From contig JAZRYW010000050.1 in NCBI GenBank assembly GCA_045600965.1, positions 8,252 to 72,251 on the forward strand: 64,000 nucleotides of DNA. Reading direction: 5' to 3'. This document shows, piece by piece, positions 63,062 through 64,000 of this stretch. How positions within the stretch are numbered: the first letter of the stretch is position 1; every line of letters begins with the position of its first letter. A program made the position numbers and the translations under genes. The notes under the pieces are model-generated. The model ran no database searches. It saw only the letters and a list, made by a program, of their open reading frames with translations, and was not told where the DNA came from. The DNA is from Bacteroidales bacterium. Lineage in GTDB: Bacteria; Bacteroidota; Bacteroidia; Bacteroidales; UBA932.

Positions 63062-64000
63062 TCCTTCAGAGAAGTTGTGAACCTGCGGGCCTGCAGGGCG
63101 TCGAGGCAGAGAGGGGCCAGCAGGCGTATCATATCAGTTCCGGCCACACCGGTGAAAATATGCTTTTCAAAAAGCAGTTTGCCCCGTATGCCGGCCACGG
63201 GACGGTTGAACTCTATGCCAAGCATAAGCCCGCGGCCGCGCACTTCCTTTATCGCGCCGCCGGAGGGGATGTTCTCCTTGAGGAACCTGCCCACGTTCAG
63301 CGCGTTTTCAACAAGGTTGTCGCTCTCCATAACGTCGAGCACGGCAAGAGCCGCGGCCACCGCGAGGTGGTTTCCTCCGAAGGTGGTGCCGAGCATTCCC
63401 TTGCGCGCCACGAACTGCGGGGCTATGAGTATACCGCCGCAGGGGAAACCGTTGGCTATGCCCTTGCCCATAGTTATTATGTCGGGGCGGACATCGTCCC
63501 ACTGGTGGGCGAAGAAACGCCCGGTGCGGCCGTAGCCGCTCTGCACCTCGTCGAGTATGAGTGCCGCGCCATAGCGGTTGCATAGCCTCTGAAGCTCCTT
63601 GAGGAAGCCCGGTGCGGGTACGTTGATGCCGCCGCAACCCTGTATGCCTTCTATTATCACGCCGGCCACGTCTCCGCCCAGGAGAGCCTTCTCAACTCCG
63701 GATACATCGTTCAGGTCGACGAAGGTGACCTTGTGGACAGAGTTGAAGGGTGAGACTATGGCCGGATTGTCGGTCACGGCCACGGCGCCCGAAGTGCGTC
63801 CGTGGAAACTCCTGCGAAAAGCCACTACGCGGTCCTTGCCCGTATGGAAGGAAGCCAGTTTGAGGGCGTTCTCATTCGATTCCGCGCCGCTGTTGTCAAG
63901 GAAAAGGGAGTAGTCGGGATAGCCGCTGGCCTCCCCCAGCCTCCTTGCGAACTCCACCTGAAGGGGATTGCGCACGCTGTTGGAATAGAAGCCGAGCCTG
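63049..64000 (-). CDS. argD: Acetylornithine (class III) aminotransferase; N-terminus outside the window
   Basis: ORF 63049..63975 starts at an internal GTG. The frame stays open to 64000 (upstream residues ...RLGFYSNSV fit ArgD). DEVQSGYGRTG motif. Confidence 0.9.
   Translation of the reverse strand, partial: RLGFYSNSVRNPLQVEFARRLGEASGYPDYSLFLDNSGAESNENALKLASFHTGKDRVVAFRRSFHGRTSGAVAVTDNPAIVSPFNSVHKVTFVDLNDVSGVEKALLGGDVAGVIIEGIQGCGGINVPAPGFLKELQRLCNRYGAALILDEVQSGYGRTGRFFAHQWDDVRPDIITMGKGIANGFPCGGILIAPQFVARKGMLGTTFGGNHLAVAAALAVLDVMESDNLVENALNVGRFLKENIPSGGAIKEVRGRGLMLGIEFNRPVAGIRGKLLFEKHIFTGVAGTDMIRLLAPLCLDALQARRFTTSLKECLE

Noticed and set aside
59124-63535. Series of long plus-strand ORFs (59124..59921, 59993..60724, 60746..61234, 61771..62286, 62588..63535) across the carB/arg cluster
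   Set aside because: All are antisense to strongly supported genes (carB, argH, M20, argB, argD) and have shadow-ORF composition.
1-64000. Looked for tRNA/rRNA genes, CRISPR arrays, integrase/transposase/recombinase genes, phage modules, toxin-antitoxin pairs and known defence-system hallmarks
   Set aside because: None was recognised by eye. Every gap longer than 100 nt is an AT-rich promoter or leader region, and no spaced direct-repeat arrays or T-loop-like GGTTCGAATCC motifs were seen. A proper tRNAscan, Infernal or defence-finder run could still reveal small RNAs that I cannot detect manually.

Overview
The window reads as a gene-dense chromosomal core segment of a GC-rich Bacteroidota (Bacteroidales-like) genome. 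The taxonomic call is an inference. It rests on TAnnTTTG '-7' promoter boxes in the AT-rich intergenic gaps, a histone-H1/Hc1-like mini-gene, DUF3078, DUF2807 and WbqC genes, a CarboxypepD-type TonB-dependent receptor and lipoprotein 'C' boxes.

I call 55 protein-coding genes, nearly all recognisable by motif:
- Translation and replication: rimP-nusA-infB, proS, hisS, tilS, rplY-pth, cca, holA.
- Lipid A: lpxD-lpxC-lpxA.
- Nucleotide and arginine metabolism: ade, purB, tmk, a guaA-type ATP-pyrophosphatase, folP, carB-argH-M20-argB-argD.
- Envelope proteases and outer-membrane proteins.

Three genes are missing from the supplied ORF track. Two are truncated by the window edges (1..1380 minus and 63049..64000 minus). 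The third is a 57-aa Hc1-like gene (43457..43630 minus).

I found no tRNA, rRNA, CRISPR array, integrase, transposase, prophage or obvious defence island. I cannot point to a clear-cut new multi-gene system. The items I consider most worth a second look are:
1. A near-identical promoter-plus-leader cassette sits upstream of two unrelated genes, the TonB-dependent receptor and holA. The receptor copy is split by a 116-nt palindromic MITE-like insertion flanked by a 5-bp duplication.
2. A lipoprotein whose core is about 47% Trp/Tyr/Phe, followed by a Ser/Thr/Arg/Gly tail, is paired with a FadL-like outer-membrane barrel.
3. A translationally coupled GT2 / double-LAB_N / GT-C (ArnT-like) envelope glycosylation module.
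4. An MMPL exporter / OYE reductase / SDR operon.
5. A STAS::APH-like kinase fusion.
6. A terminator hairpin in the rimP-nusA-infB leader.
7. LpxC without the usual Bacteroidota FabZ fusion.

All homology calls come from motif recognition and memory, and all motif coordinates were counted by hand. Nothing was searched or computed.
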